Below are positions 1-13,531 of a stretch of DNA of 64,000 nt, piece after piece (the first letter of the stretch is position 1; the number at the start of each line of letters is the position of its first letter). The stretch comes from Tricharina praecox (lineage: Eukaryota). The translations under genes were made by a program, and so were the position numbers. The notes under the pieces are model-generated. The model made no database searches. It saw only the letters and a list, made by a program, of their open reading frames with translations, and had not been told where the DNA came from. The DNA lies in the NCBI RefSeq assembly GCF_024521635.1, contig NW_026250404.1, positions 1,178,001 through 1,242,000 on the forward strand. The letters are read 5' to 3'.

Positions 1-102
1 GGACCCTCAGGAATATGGCGTGAATAGATCTGTATTTAATGCTCAAGTCTGCCGTCAACTCTACCCATATCACGGCAGTTCCAACAGCATCTTTCGCTTA
101 CC

Positions 103-2342
103 ATGAGAGCTTCACACCTATTACTACGAGGCGCGAGTCTGGCGGTATTCGCATCCACATGTTTGACAGCAAGCACTACAGAAATTGATCCATGCGAGAA
201 GCTCGGCGGCATCCAACTCACAGGTCAGTAGTAAACTCTCACTCCCGGTCAGGCGTGATTGAAAGGCACATTACCGATACGGTGATACCAGAGGATGTCA
301 ACGGTCCGACAGCATTTACGCCCACGGAGGCCCTCAACTGCTTGAGATCGGTTCCATTCTCTGCCGACGACGCCACCGAGCTCATTGAAACTCTCCGTCA
401 CACGAATGCTTGGTATGCTGGGCAAGCCTTCTACAAGGTCCCTATAGAGCCCTTGCATGAGCTTCCAGCGTTCGACGTCGACAAGACCATCGACGGGATC
501 GAAGCCAAAGTCAAGAGCGGACACTACAAGAATGGATTCGACTTCTTCCGCGACATCGGCCTGGTACAGACGTCCTATCGCGACATGCACACATCGTTTT
601 ACCCAGCTTGTGGTGACTACTACCTATTCAAGTACACACATGATTATCCCCTCGTGGCCGTCTCGGATACGGCAGTTGGGACACGGGGTATCTATACCTT
701 GAAGAGAAATGGAACCACGGCGAAACCGAAGCTAGACAAGCAAGTCGAAACAATCAATAGACTTCCTGCGGAGGAGTTCCTGATCAGACTGGCGTCTGAT
801 CACCCTGATCTTTGGATGTACCACGATCCCGACACCAGGTTCAACATGCTGTTCGAAAACTATCCGTGGGAGCAGAACTCGGGTATCTTTAACTTTCGTC
901 AGTACTTTGTAGGAGAAGAGGAAGAAAAGCTAGAGATTGGCTTCGTGGGAGGCGAGAAAGTCCAAGTCCAGTGGAAGGCATATTTTCAGAATCTCGAGCT
1001 TCAATTCAACTCGACCGAAGAACTGATCCAGAATGTTTGTTATTTGTCTGCCGAGGAACTCAAGCCGCTTTCACCCAAGGTTGCCGGGCCTCTCTGGAAG
1101 GAGGATCCGAGTGGAGCTCTCTGGAGTAGCGCATTTTCCCCCGAGGTCGTCGAAAAGAGAACGGCCGCGCCCTTCCCCGCCACTACCGCTACCGACTCAC
1201 CTGCAACCGCTACCGACTCGGCAGAGACGTCGGCGACACCCACGACGTCAATAGTTGGTTATCCAACTCCGGTGTCCCGCAACGAAGATGAATCGCTCGT
1301 TTGGTTCCAGGATCCAGATGGTGATAATGAAACGGTGATTCTTCGGATTTCCACCTTTGACATAGAGGAAACCGACAGCTGGTCGCTCTTCCTCAACACG
1401 ACTTTGCAGGCTTTCCACGAGAAGGGTGCGAAGAGACTCATCATCGACGTCTCCGGAAATGGTGGAGGAACCGCCATACTTGCAAAGAGATTTGTTCGAG
1501 TCCTCTTCCCAGATCTATTTGACGGAACCGACGAGCCGGATTACTATGCGAACATGCGATATCACTCAGCCCTGGACAAAGTGTGGAAGGCTGAAAAAGA
1601 TTTTGATCCGGAGAACCTCCAACACACCCTGCTGAACGAGTACGTAAACCTGAACGGCACCAACTTCACAACTTTCGATGAGGTTCTTGGCCCATACCGC
1701 AACGTCGCATTCAACGACTCGTTTACCGCCATGTCTCTTTGGCGACCCGACCTGGACAAGACCGACTTCGGGTCCAATAGCGAATGGAGCAAGGAGAACA
1801 TCATTATCGTCGGGGCTGGCCAGTGCGCTTCTACCTGTCACAACTGGATGGAATTGATGAGGAACGTCGGCGTCCGCACGTACACGTTCGGTGGGAGGGC
1901 CAACAGCACAGCGATGCAACCCGTCGGTGGTACCAAGAGTGGCACCGTTCACGACTTCAAACAAATGGTTGAGAAAACTTGGGCAGCGCTTGGCGATACG
2001 ACAAACTACAAGGACGTTCTCAAGTACCCTCGCGCCCGTCTCGTCAATACCAGGATTGGCATAGAAAACCAGTTCCGGTTAGGTGAAAACAACTCGACGA
2101 CTGCAGTACCGCTGTTCTTCAGGTGGTCGCCTGGCTGCAAAAAGCTTCCGTACTCCAAAACGACGGTGAACGATCCAGCGGAGATGTGGCGGGCTGCCAA
2201 GGCTGCTGCGTGGACTACGGATGGCAAAGCTACGGAATGCGACAAGCAGGCAATCACGCCCCCAAAGAGTGGCGAGGAGACGCCTTTGACGAAAATTGGG
2301 AAGGTGATTTGGGAGCATATCCATTTTGGGCCGAAAAAGTAG
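103..2342 (+). CDS. Secreted peptidase, S41 family (fungal CPAF-like/tail-specific protease domain); 2 exons, intron 224-291
   Basis: ATG103 gives signal-peptide-like MRASHLLLRGASLAVFASTCLTA. A GTCAGT...CCAG intron joins it in phase to the 192..2342 ORF. Motifs RDMHT, LIIDVSGNGGG, CASTC (catalytic Ser region) and MQPVGGTK are typical of fungal S41 proteins; Ser/Thr-rich linker. Confidence 0.85.
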
Positions 2343-3349
2343 TGTGTGTGTGTGGGAGGATTTCTAGTAACTAAGTTGAGTAGTGCTGTTAGTTATCTCT
2401 TTTGGGTGTTTGTTTTGTATTTTATGGAGGCTCGTTCGGATATGACTTTATGCGCAGGAATGTTTGAGAACCCGTGGCTTTGAACGATTGGAAGGAAGTT
2501 GAATATTTGTGATTAAACTGCGCGATCGGCTTGCCATGAGTGTTCCTCGGGATCCAGACTGGGCGGCCACCATAGGGAATCGGATCATGCACAATCACTC
2601 AACATTCTCGCCAGGACAACGGAAAAAAAAGGCCCCGCCATCGAACTGCTTTCAACCATACCCAGACCGGGAAGCGGTGGGGATAATGGCATACATATTA
2701 AAGAAAGAAAATCTCCCGGCATGAGAGCTAGCGGGTTCTCCCGAGTCCCTCGGCGAAGTGCGTAGGCGGGCAGGTGCAGGTGCATCATAGGTAGTCCTTA
2801 GTCAACGCCCCACCTAAAAAAAATGCGCCGATAACTATTATACAGCTCCCCGCCGGCGAGAATAATAAAGCGACTGTGCCACAAGAACGGGATCGAGAAC
2901 TGCTGATTCCCGCGGTCCGCGCGAAGTGTAGGGAGCGGGGGGATGGCGCGGAACGGAGGCTTGCTTCCGGTCGGCGTCGAGATCGTCTCGACGAAGACGA
3001 GTGACCAGTCGCAGGTGGATATGGAGCGACGAACCCATCTGCATGGATGGATAGCTACTAGGAGAAGAAAGATTCTTTCACTGGGTGTAAATAGAAAGTA
3101 TCACGCGGATCGACATCCATTACTGCTTAAGGTAAACTCCGTTGAACTACTACTGGTTTTCGAGGACGTTCAATAAGAATATCATCGTTTTCAACCAAGG
3201 AGAAAAACTCTTTGCTGGGTATTTGAGGGCAAGAATTCAAACGTGACGTTCACGATCAATAGGTAGTCCAGAGTATCGCTGGAGAGTGTATGTACTCGGT
3301 GTTTATTCAGCACTTGCTTCGGAGGTGGGATCCCCGAATGCAGACCGCT

Positions 3350-5035
3350 CTATTTCTTGCAGTGCCTCATCTCCAGCCACCTCAGAGGGGGATACACCAA
3401 AGCGGCCCAGGCCATCATAATGGGCACCCCCAGATCTCCCTTCGCCCTTCTAGCGATTGGCCCTACCCACCAGACCTGGGACATGCCCAGGATGGCACCA
3501 GCCCATCCCACCAGGAAAGCTGCCAACGCGGCGATGCCAACAGGGAGCTTCTCCGGCTTATCCCAATCCTCCCATCTCCATTTACGGTGTCGGCGGAAGA
3601 CGAGCTCGTCGGAAAGTTGGATCGTTACCCAGCCGGCTACCCATGGTCCCATGAGCGCGAGGAAGTTCTCAAAGATTGTGAAGATGCTGTTGCGACCGAC
3701 GATGGCGCAGATCGTGTACACAAGAATGCCAAACACCTGGTACATATGATGTTAGAGCGGCCGAGAGACGTTGGGGTGAGGGGGGTCTCACGGTCCAGAC
3801 TGCACGCGGTACTTTTTCCCAGCCGCGACCCAGGATCTGCCACGCCAGGGCGGAGCTGTAGATGCCGGGAATAGTGTTTGCGACTAAAGATGTCAACCGA
3901 GGACCAGGGAGGAATAGGCGAGAGGAGGGTCACCCACTGGGACCTAGTGCCAGCACTACAGCGCAGAACTTCCCGAATCCACCCAGAGGCGTGTATGCTT
4001 CCGCCATCATGGCACCTGGACTGACGCTTAACGCATCCCCCCACTCGATCTTCGAAGCCGCACCCGAGGCGAGCCCAACGCCAATGAGCTCGGAGAAGAG
4101 GAGACCCAAACACACGCCGATGTGTGACATCGTTCCCACAACAGCCCGTGGCATGGTCTCGGAGTAGTAGACGAAGTAGTCGGCCGAGCACATACTCCAG
4201 ATAAACGCCGTGTTGAAGACGACGAAGAAGAAGCTGATTTGGTTCCCACGGATGACGTCGGGTGTGCCTAGGGACGGCGCTGTTGTGTTGAAGTTGGGCC
4301 CCGCACTGCCGATCATGATGAAATAGACGATGAGTGAGGGGATCATAGCGTACCTACAAATAAGTTAGATATGTTGTCGCAAAGATGGCAGCGGCTGACC
4401 CGACTGACTGACCGTTCGTAGACGTGGAAGACTCTCATTCCGACCACACAGACCACCATCACAACGATTCCCGCAATGATCACCCCCACGACAACGCTCA
4501 TCTTTCCATCCGTCGAAACCGCAGACAATATCTGCCCCGTAATCAATGCCGCCAACAGCCCATACCCCAGAGTTCCAATCAGCTGCAAGCAAGCGCAAAG
4601 CTTAGCCGGCCACCACCCAAACACGAAGCGCAAGATAACCATGGTCCTATTCCCGCTCTTGGGACCCAGGCCAGATATATACGCCGGGCCGACCGCACCG
4701 AGGATATTCCCAAACAGACACAGCAGGGCGGAATCCCTGAACGAGAGCCTGAAGACCCACGGCCCGAGCATACCGACGAGGGTATTATTCGCGACGAGAT
4801 TGATGGAGAACCAGCTGAGTGCGATCTGTACAGTCCCGAACAGCGACACCGGGTTGCGGTCGCTCGGAGGCACTCGCTGGATCCCGCGGGCTTCGACGCC
4901 GAAGCGGTCCTCCCATCCTTCGATGCGCTCGAGGAGTGTGCGCGAGCTACTGGATCCGTCCGGGAGTCCAATGTGAGGAAGCGGCGTCTTGCTCGGTGTC
5001 GGCTGCCGCTCGAGATTGGTGGGAGTGACCTCCAT
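3350..5035 (-). CDS. Purine-cytosine permease / NCS1 family transporter (Fcy2/Tpn1-like); introns 4354-4412, 3884-3937, 3737-3791
   Basis: Motifs GVEARGIQRVP, GPKSGNRTMVILRFVFGWW, ADYFVY, FENFLALMG, LPVGIAALAAF and YPPLRWLE; canonical splice sites join the four ORF pieces in frame. Confidence 0.92.
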
Positions 5036-6232
5036 GGCGGCGTGGATTGTTTGACTCTCAGAGCGGCAGTGTACTGTTTAAGTACCCCTCAATGCTCATA
5101 CCTAGTATCAGGAAGAAAAAAAAAGGTGACGGAGCACCCCTGCGGAGAAAACCCTCTTATCGGTTAACATAGAGTTAGATTATGATCCTTGCGTGCATGC
5201 AACGTGCCGGCTGACAATTGTCATACATATCCGCTGCCGGAGTCGGAATTTGCGGTGGCGGGAAATGATCATTCCAGATTCGACACAAGCGCCAGGCAAT
5301 ATAACCGCATCGGATTGTTTCATGACACATCACTCTACACGGTATCGGGGTCGAGTCCCTTCCTGCTCTGTACGGTAGTACATACGGGCTCGCCTCGAGA
5401 TTCTACATAACCACCAGCTAAAGACTGGCCAATATGCTCTCACTAGCAATACCTGGCTTAGAAAGTATCGGCCCATGGCGCGCTGCAGATGGTGTCATTA
5501 CAACACGCAGACTCAGCAGTAGTTACCATATCAAAAACTGTCCGCAGCGGATGGTACGACAGGAGACGCTCCGGACGCGGGTCGCCGCGGCCCACCGTCT
5601 GGGGTTGGAATACGGGTCAGATCAGCGGCCGCGATCACATGCCACAGACGTCAAAATCACGCCGAACCCTTCGTTAACAATATTCGTCGCACCAAAAAAC
5701 CAAACCAAGACACTGTCCTCGCCATGAATACCTAGATCAAATGGAGTCGCCAGGAGATGGAGATGGGTATGGAGTCCCTCGGGCTATGACACTATGTGGA
5801 GATTCAGAGTGGCCGACAATCGATGGCGGTTGTTGCGGCCGACCGAGTTGGAGTGTGGCGCTCGGCTGCTCGCAAAATTGTTGGGTGAGCAAGTATGATA
5901 CATAGAGTACCTAGTCAAGTGACGTAATCCTGGAAGTTAGTAGGCGGAAATGAAAGATGATGCAGAAGGTGAGGTTTATTCAACCTCGAAGAGTCATTTA
6001 GTATGGCTCGCCTTCGCTGCCTACAACGTTTGGTGTCACTCGATTCGGCTAGTCCGGCTGACACCACCATTCGGATCCACCGATCCGACTAGCCTCTCCT
6101 CCTTCCATCTTATCAGATTCTTCATCTTTCATGTGTTTCTCTCATAGTGGTAGCAGACGACGGTACTCTAGTGATTGAAACCTCTGGTAGCGAGTCATCC
6201 CGCACCTCCGGCTCGGCAAAACTGAGTATATA

Positions 6233-6531
6233 CTGAGGGAGCGCGGGGCCGAGGCGCCTCTGTGTTGCGGAGAGCGGGGAGCGGTGAGCGGCGGTATGGT
6301 GGGACTAATTGTTATGGCGGGCAGACCCGATGCGGTCGCTCAACGTTGAAATCTTTTCTGTTGATGCTTTTCTGTTTGTCTTGTCGGTCGGTCTCTTGTT
6401 CTATACATCAGACATTATTCAACACCACAGACATCCACAAAAAAGTTCATAAGCCTGCTTTTTTTCTTGTTCTTTGCTTTTCCAATTGAATCACGTTCTT
6501 CATATGCTCGTACCCGTCAAGGGTCTCTCAG
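6233..6531. mobile_element. ~300-bp non-coding dispersed repeat, MITE-like (copy 1)
   Basis: Clearly homologous to 12406-12691 (shared GGGCAGACCCGATGCGGTCGCT and GTACCCGTCRAGGGTCTCTCAGTA). Ends TA|CTGAGGGAGC ... GGTCTCTCAG|TA form an imperfect 10-bp inverted repeat flanked by TA. Confidence 0.6.
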
Positions 6532-7058
6532 TACATGCCTATGATATTTCTCACCTATCTTGAGTGCTCTCGGAAGGAGGTCATGAGCCATGGCAAGTTC
6601 ATGGCATGAAAGATTCTGGAAGAATCCACAATGCCATGAAAATCCCTTTGGACCCCTTACGCCGTTGTGCACATCCTCGAACTGTTTCGCGATGGATATG
6701 GTCGGCAAGCTCTGACGTGGAAATCCGTCGCAACTCATTGGTCCAGTGAAGTCGGAAGTCCTCGACTATGTAGAGTACTCCAAGCTTACCGACAGCCTTG
6801 TCGCGTACGCTGGGGTTGCTGCTGCTGCTGCTGAGGAGCTTGAGCTGCCATCGCAACCGAGAAACATTCGATTCGTTCGAACTCTCACCACGGCCGACAG
6901 CATCGCGCACGGACGGATCTTGCGTAAGCTTAGCCTCGCGCTTACTCTCATTTCGCCGGCCACCGGTGATCGTGGCTGAATCGACGGGTGCCTTAGGCGG
7001 CAGCCGGACGCGGGGTCCCGGGGCTGGGGGTGGGGGTCGGGACAGTCAATCGTTCGTC

Positions 7059-7193
7059 CAGTCCGTCTTTGAGGTTGCCCGGGACGGGACGGAATTAGTC
7101 GGGCTGAGGAGAACAAGGACTACGGTCTTCCGGGCTGGCGAAATGAGGATGGATACCCTATCGGGCCCGGAATTGACTGGGACACTAGGACAC
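7059..7193. repeat. Dispersed repeat family 2, copy A
   Basis: Homologous to 18589-18732 (CAGTCCGTCTTTG, GACGGGACGGA, TAGTCGGGCTGAGGAGAA, GGCGAAATG, GGATACC). Confidence 0.75.
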
Positions 7194-8376
7194 TGCTGGC
7201 GGCGTAGAGCCACGCAGCGGCGCCGGTGTGCGGATGTGTGGCTGCTAGAGGTGGATCGTTCGGGGCTCGTCAGGGCATCGGAGACAGGCCTGTTGGTGCC
7301 ATGGCCCAGTGGCATGCGTGCAGCCAAGTCTGACGTACCGGTGTGTATTTAGAGTACTCTCCTCTCCAGCGAGTCAAGCGGGAGCTCATTCATGATTGGT
7401 CATGGGGATTCGAAATCGGCCGGCTTTGATTTTCCTTGTCGATAGTTATGGTCTTTTGTCACGCTTGAACTTAATTGAGCTTTACTGTGCCAGCACGACC
7501 AGCAACCAGCAGGCCCCTTCCAGCAGAACCCTTCTAGCTGGACAGCGCCTCACGTGGTCCGCACGAGCTAAATGATCGGCGGGCTGCCGCCTGAAACCTG
7601 GCATGCAAGTGCTCAGCAGCTCACGCGAAAGGGTATCGGACGGCAACGGGCGGGCACGCCAGATCCGTCGCCGCCGCCGCTAGCCGGCCTCCCCGAGTCC
7701 CCGCCCCGCTGTGGGTAAATCAGCCCCGTCTCCGAACCGCGGCATCTTTTACTATCTATCCTACGGTCCACCTACATAAGAAGTACTTGCATCCCCAACT
7801 ACATAACGACCAACCAAACACACTGCCAGCAGGTTTTCTTTCAGAGGGTATCCTGGGTATCCTATAATCGATCACCACATGTGGTGGGCCAGCAGCCTCA
7901 TGCAGGATTACTTCCCCAATTAACTATCATGCACGATGCTGGTAGTTGGGCGCAGAAACATCGGTTTGCAATGTGCATGCTGGTGAGATCTCTATTTCTG
8001 CAACCGAAACACGAGACGAGAGCTGAAGCCAACGCAGTTCGCACTTCGCAGTTCGTATTTGACATCGCCCGTTCGCGGTGCGGACGAGCGAGCTAGCCAG
8101 TCTAGAGTACTTCCGGGTATCTCTCAGCTTCCTCATAGGGTGTGTAAGTAGTCGGGTTTACATACGGGTTCTCGAGTGAAAAGGATCCCGGTCAGTATGT
8201 AAGGCTGAGAGCCTGAGAGGGGGCCGTAGACATGTATCTAGAGTATCTATGTACTCATAGTACAGGCTACATTAGTTAGATACTAGTAGTACAGTGTTGA
8301 GGCTAAAAATATCCCTATTGCCGAACCTGAACACCTACTTCTAAGTTCTAACTTCATACTGTCTCAGACTCTCAGT

Positions 8377-8420
8377 GCTCACTGCCCACTGCTCACTGCC
8401 CACTGCTCACTGCTCACTGC
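8377..8420. repeat. 7-bp microsatellite (CYCACTG)n, ~6 units
   Basis: gctcactgcccactgctcactgcccactgctcactgctcactgc read directly. Confidence 0.8.
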
Positions 8421-9041
8421 TTTCAATCGCTACACAGCCACAGCCGCGATCCGTTCAAAGTATCCATAGTTACCTGGCCGCAGTAGAGTTACCCATCACC
8501 ACTGCTCGACTCTGGTATGTACTGGTTGTCGTCAAACTGAAATACCATACCCATTGACGTATTTGGCTGGGCGCCGCTTGCTCGTGCCCAATTACGCGAA
8601 TCACTCTGTTTGCCGGATCCGAATTGAGTTCGGTAGGTAGCGATTTCAATCCCCCATCTGTATCCTCTTGGTAGTCATACTTACAAAACCACATCCAAGT
8701 TCCATGGACGACCGGCTCCAAAAGCACAGGCCCACCAACGCCGCAGTCCCTGTCAAGCACACAGCCAATCCCGATCGGACGGGACCGAGAGGCTGACGGC
8801 CGACCCTGTGATGTCCCCCTCTCCGTCCCCTATTTTCCAGTGCAGCTCGCCCACTGCCCAGTGTGTCTGCCCCGCAATTTTCCTTCTTTGGGGGTGTGCA
8901 TGATCGAGTGCCACTGTGCCACACACGCCTTGAACGGGAAACCCTATCTGTGACCCATAAATACCTTTGCTCTCCTCCAACCTTCTTCGTGGCGGGCTCA
9001 TCCTCCGACTTCGACAAAAAAATTAAATTTTTTATCCGACG

Positions 9042-10754
9042 ATGGCGCTTCAGACCGGCTATCGATCGTCGACCACGGCGGTGCAGCAGCACGGCACGAC
9101 GGAGGTGCGGCCTCGTCGCCGGCCACGGCACTCGGAGCTCCCGCCGCTTCACACCAGCTTCTCGTCGCCAGTCCGCTCATCCGTGATCCACCCCCCGGCG
9201 CCGGTCACGGTCGAATACTACGCGCCGCAATACCCGGCTGCGGCGGCCCAGCGAGCACTGCCCGCCGGTTGGTCGTCGTCGTATCCACAGCTGCCGCCGA
9301 ATGAATCTCCGCAGCTGCTACCGCCACCATATCCGAAACATCGCCGATTTCCCACCCTTCCTCCGCCTGGGTTCCGTACCCTGCCCAACGGAGAGAACCC
9401 TTACAACTTGGCATCGAGGCCTACATTTATTGCAACGATCCCTCCGCCTCCAGCAGTGTGGGAACGGGAGGATTATGTTCCATTCGGAAGCCATAATCCT
9501 CTAGCTCCAACTCTAGCTTTGGCTCCGGAAACATTACCACTGATTCCCAGCCGGCCATCCCGTACCGATTCGACAAAGTCGGGTTCGGTCCAGGATTTGG
9601 CAGAGGAGATTGCCGCGATGGTGCAGGCAGAGATCGACGAGATAGAGCAAGAACTTCTGGCACGAGGAGCAGCGATACCCCCTCGAGATGGCCAGAGGTT
9701 AGCGGTGGAAACTGACGTTCACTCTGCCGTCTCGGCAAAGCTCCTCGCGCCTTTCAATGCCGTATACGCATACGCCGAGGTGAGCGATCATGATGAGCAC
9801 ACGAACGAAGATCCTGCTTCAGCCAATGGAAATAGATCGTCCCCCTCGTCGTCCGTATCTGATCGTTCCACTCGTTCGCTGGCCTCGTTCTTTGCAAGAC
9901 GCGACTCGTCGGATACATTCTCCAATTGCACTCGCCCGCCTTCGGTGGCATCGCTCGCGGATATTGAAGACTACAAAGTTAAAGTCGCTGGTGTTTCACT
10001 GGCCTTACCTGGGATCGCCTGTCCGAAGGAAGTCCAGGATGCCCCTGATAATTTTCGACACGCGGACAGTACTAAAGAAGCTACGGAACCTCTATACACG
10101 CGGCAACCACTAGTTGTATCCCCTTTGTGCTCGCCTACTTCATCGAACCCTCCGCCTACGACTACTACCGTCGAAGGCCAGCCCGACTACCGAAGGTACA
10201 TGGAAAAGATACCGTCGCCTCTTTCAGCTCCTCCGCTCCCAAATATTCCTTCTCCTCCGCCACCGATGCGTTTACCTCCTCCTCCTCCTCCTCCCTCTTA
10301 CCCGCCTCCACCGCCTCCTCTGCGTTTACATCCGCCTCCGCCTCCTCCCTCTTATCCGCCTCCGCCGCCTCCAAACATTGCACCCGCGTCGTTAGTCACG
10401 ACACCCACACCGGTCGCCTGCGATTCCACGTTCCTGATCCCCCAAACGCCAATCGAATCCTCCGCCGAATCCGAAGTTACGAAGACTCCGGAACCAGACT
10501 CAGATAATCATCTCAGTCTTTTCAGCCTGGTCCGTCAGACGTTGACGTTCGCCGAGAATCTATGGACCGATCTCGACGAGGAGAACGTTTTTAAGGATAA
10601 CGACGATAAATGCAGCATGATGACAACAACAACAACAACAACGGAAAAGGTCACCACGACAACACAAACGTCAGAGATAAAGAGGATATCTACAATTCGA
10701 CGAGTCGCCACCATCCGGCGAAAGCGGCGGGAAGACTCGACCTCGACCGCTTGA
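9042..10754 (+). CDS. Hypothetical proline-rich, largely disordered protein (570 aa) with a short acidic helix and PPxY motifs
   Basis: Single 570-codon ORF from ATG; polyproline repeats (PPPPPPPSYPPPPPP twice); helix VQDLAEEIAAMVQAEIDEIEQELL; T-rich 3' flank. No family recognised. Confidence 0.7.
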   Translation: MALQTGYRSSTTAVQQHGTTEVRPRRRPRHSELPPLHTSFSSPVRSSVIHPPAPVTVEYYAPQYPAAAAQRALPAGWSSSYPQLPPNESPQLLPPPYPKHRRFPTLPPPGFRTLPNGENPYNLASRPTFIATIPPPPAVWEREDYVPFGSHNPLAPTLALAPETLPLIPSRPSRTDSTKSGSVQDLAEEIAAMVQAEIDEIEQELLARGAAIPPRDGQRLAVETDVHSAVSAKLLAPFNAVYAYAEVSDHDEHTNEDPASANGNRSSPSSSVSDRSTRSLASFFARRDSSDTFSNCTRPPSVASLADIEDYKVKVAGVSLALPGIACPKEVQDAPDNFRHADSTKEATEPLYTRQPLVVSPLCSPTSSNPPPTTTTVEGQPDYRRYMEKIPSPLSAPPLPNIPSPPPPMRLPPPPPPPSYPPPPPPLRLHPPPPPPSYPPPPPPNIAPASLVTTPTPVACDSTFLIPQTPIESSAESEVTKTPEPDSDNHLSLFSLVRQTLTFAENLWTDLDEENVFKDNDDKCSMMTTTTTTTEKVTTTTQTSEIKRISTIRRVATIRRKRREDSTSTA

Positions 10755-12405
10755 CGGCGGCGCTATATTTCATAATGTGTATTTTTCTTTGTCTACAGGC
10801 TATCCTGTTCGCTCTCTTCTTTGTTTTCGGAGTTCTGGCTACATACTTCTTCTTGGGTCTCTCATTGTTCGGTGGGCAGCGATATATATAGGTTTATTTA
10901 TTAATATTTGGCATACCGGGGAAACAAGACGTTTTCTCCTCTTTAGAATTTCTTCTTCTTTGCTCGCGTAACTATTGCGGAATTTGACTAGTTTTTTTTT
11001 AATCTTTCTGTGTCCATCATCATTCGGGCCTGCATCATGTGGCTGGCTGACTTTTATTTTTATGTATTTTAATCATGCATTCTGCATTCGACCTTACCGG
11101 TATGATTCCGTACTAGGTATATCATGGCAGTAACATACACACCGGTTCTCTGACCCGTTGCAGAGTGGCCCGACGTGAGCACTGAGTTCCCCTCTGCCCC
11201 TCCGCCTGGAGGCTGGCCCAGCATGGCGATGCTGGCTTCTTTTTTGTCAATCATTGATTGATTTGCTTGCGACCTGTCTAAATCATACTCCGTTTCATTT
11301 CACTGTCCACTGTCCAACCTAACAACCTAATGCACGATGTTGGCTCTGCACACCTACAAAGGTCTTATGCAGCGTTGACCGGTCGGTCGGTCGGATTGTG
11401 CGAGTGAGATATCATGACTCCTTTATCCGCGAGTTCGATGGCCGCGCAACAAAGTCTGTGGTTTGTGCTTTTGCGGGCCGGCGGCGGTTTCCGATACATA
11501 CATTTTGGCAGGTTTTTCTTCCTCTCGGGATTTCCTTCCGACAGTTCACAGTGCACAGTTCACAGGTACGTCGTGGGCGCGTGCGCCTACATAAGAAATT
11601 CACCTCGAGGCGCGGCAAAAGTGCACTTTCCTACATAACCGTTACGCCTACATACCCGCTACTCGTGTGTATAACATACATAGCATAATAGCACGACTCA
11701 CGAGTACTTACTTTCTTACTTCTTACTATCGCCTTCCTGCCCTCCCCCCCGTGCGGCGGCCGCCGCCGGCAACTAACCAACCAACCAACCGGAGAAAACG
11801 TATTTGTCATCCGTTGCTACACACAGCTGCTCCCACCGACTTACGTACGGTATGATACGGTCACCGAGAGTAGAGGAAAGTAGAAATCGAGAGGCAACGA
11901 ACGGAGATACATGCGCTGGTATCCACAGGTACATTTATCATGAAGATACCTCAGAATCCGGGAGATGCCGCGTCCGTCCAACTCCACCGTCAGGGTCGCC
12001 GTCGGTCCGGGAGACCTAGGTATGCAGCTGCCGCGCTTAGCGTGTGCATGCCAACAATCTGGCTCTACATATCATACGCCTCTCGATTTCGGAGACTTTT
12101 CGCAGCGTCGCCGTCGTCGAGTCGTCGACGTGTCCAAGCCACCCACCGGCTCGGCTCCTCCTTCGGCAGGCACGGACTGGACTGGCGTCATCAATCGATC
12201 ACCATGTGGCGCTTTCTTCCCCATTATCCATCTAGGTGTGCATACCACTGGCTAATAACTAGAGTAACTAACTGCATATATAGCTGCATAACTGCAGGCG
12301 GCGTTGGTGTTTTTCTTTTTTTTTGCCTTCCCCGCTCTTCGCCCACACCCGAATCCACGTGGATGGATGGGCTCTGGAGAACTGCGTGAAGTAGTGTGGG
12401 ATTTG

Positions 12406-12691
12406 GGGGTCGAGGCGCTTCTGTGTTGTGGGGAACGGTGAGCGGTGAGCGACGGTATGGAGGGCCTAAGTGTTGCGGCGGGCAGACCCGATGCGGTCGC
12501 TGAACGTTGGAATGTTCTCTGTTGCTGCTTTTATGTCCGTCTAGTCTGTAGGTCTCTTGTTCAACACATCAGAAATTATCAACCACCACAGATATCCCCG
12601 AAAGTCATGGACCTGTTTTTTTCTTTCTTGTTGCTTTTCTAGTCAATTGAATCAGTTCATCCGCTGCCCGTACCCGTCGAGGGTCTCTCAG
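12406..12691. mobile_element. MITE-like dispersed repeat (copy 2, same orientation as 6233-6531)
   Basis: Colinear similarity to copy 1 over ~285 bp, with the identical right end GGGTCTCTCAG|TA; left boundary uncertain. Confidence 0.55.
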
Positions 12692-13531
12692 TAGTTGACG
12701 GCAGCGAGCGAGCAAGCCACGCTAGCGTCGCTACCGCCTAGACCGCGACCAGCTAGCCGGAACTACCAATAGAGTAGACAGTGAGCATGGGCTACCGCGG
12801 AGAAATGCCTGTATGTAACCACTATCCGGGCTTTTCCTCACCCGCGTGGGTGGTTCCGCGTCATCCGAGCTTCCCTGATCTCTCCCCTCAGCTGCAGCTC
12901 GGGTCGACCCACGGTATCTAGATAGAGTACATATCGTTCCTGGCATTCTGGCGGTTTTATGGCAACCGGTAGGTACTGAAACGGGTCTGCCAGACTGGCT
13001 TCGATAGGCGGTTCCTCCCCATACGTGAATCTTCAAAGTTCCTATGCATACTAGGTACATACTCACGTTCATATCCCCCAGCAATCCAAGGTGTTGTTGC
13101 GCCGGAGGCTGAAGATAACTACATAAAACTTGTCGGCTGCCAGTGGTAGAGATCAGTCGACGGGTCATGCCTATCACTACTAACTAGCTGGAACTTATCT
13201 TAACGCTGGATATACATATCATGCTTGTACCCAGCAACCTGCCTGCAATCGCGAGCTGCGATGCCACGAAGCTGCCCAGATGCAGCGATGGAAATAAATA
13301 CGCATTTATGCATGCACCTTTAGCTAGGTAGCAAGCAGGCGCATCGGGAAGCAGACAAGCGCCAAAGTTCCGGCACCGTGTAGGAGTAACGACCCTACCG
13401 CCCCATCCCGCTCCAGTATTTCTACTTTCTACTTAAGCCGACAGCCCACCGATCAGAACCCCAATCTCGACTCCACCCTCCATCCTCCCAGCTCCCCCCC
13501 ACAGACGCCCCCGCCGCCGGTCACAGACTCA

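Noticed and set aside
4424..5167. Long antisense or alternate-frame ORFs over real genes (also 29366-30211, 48394-49077, 55003-56080, 60237-60989)
   Set aside because: Shadow ORFs caused by GC-rich codon bias and low-complexity coding on the opposite strand.
6233..12691. LTR retrotransposon bounded by the two direct repeats
   Set aside because: No gag/pol remnants, PBS or PPT, and the homology extends beyond any TG...CA boundary.
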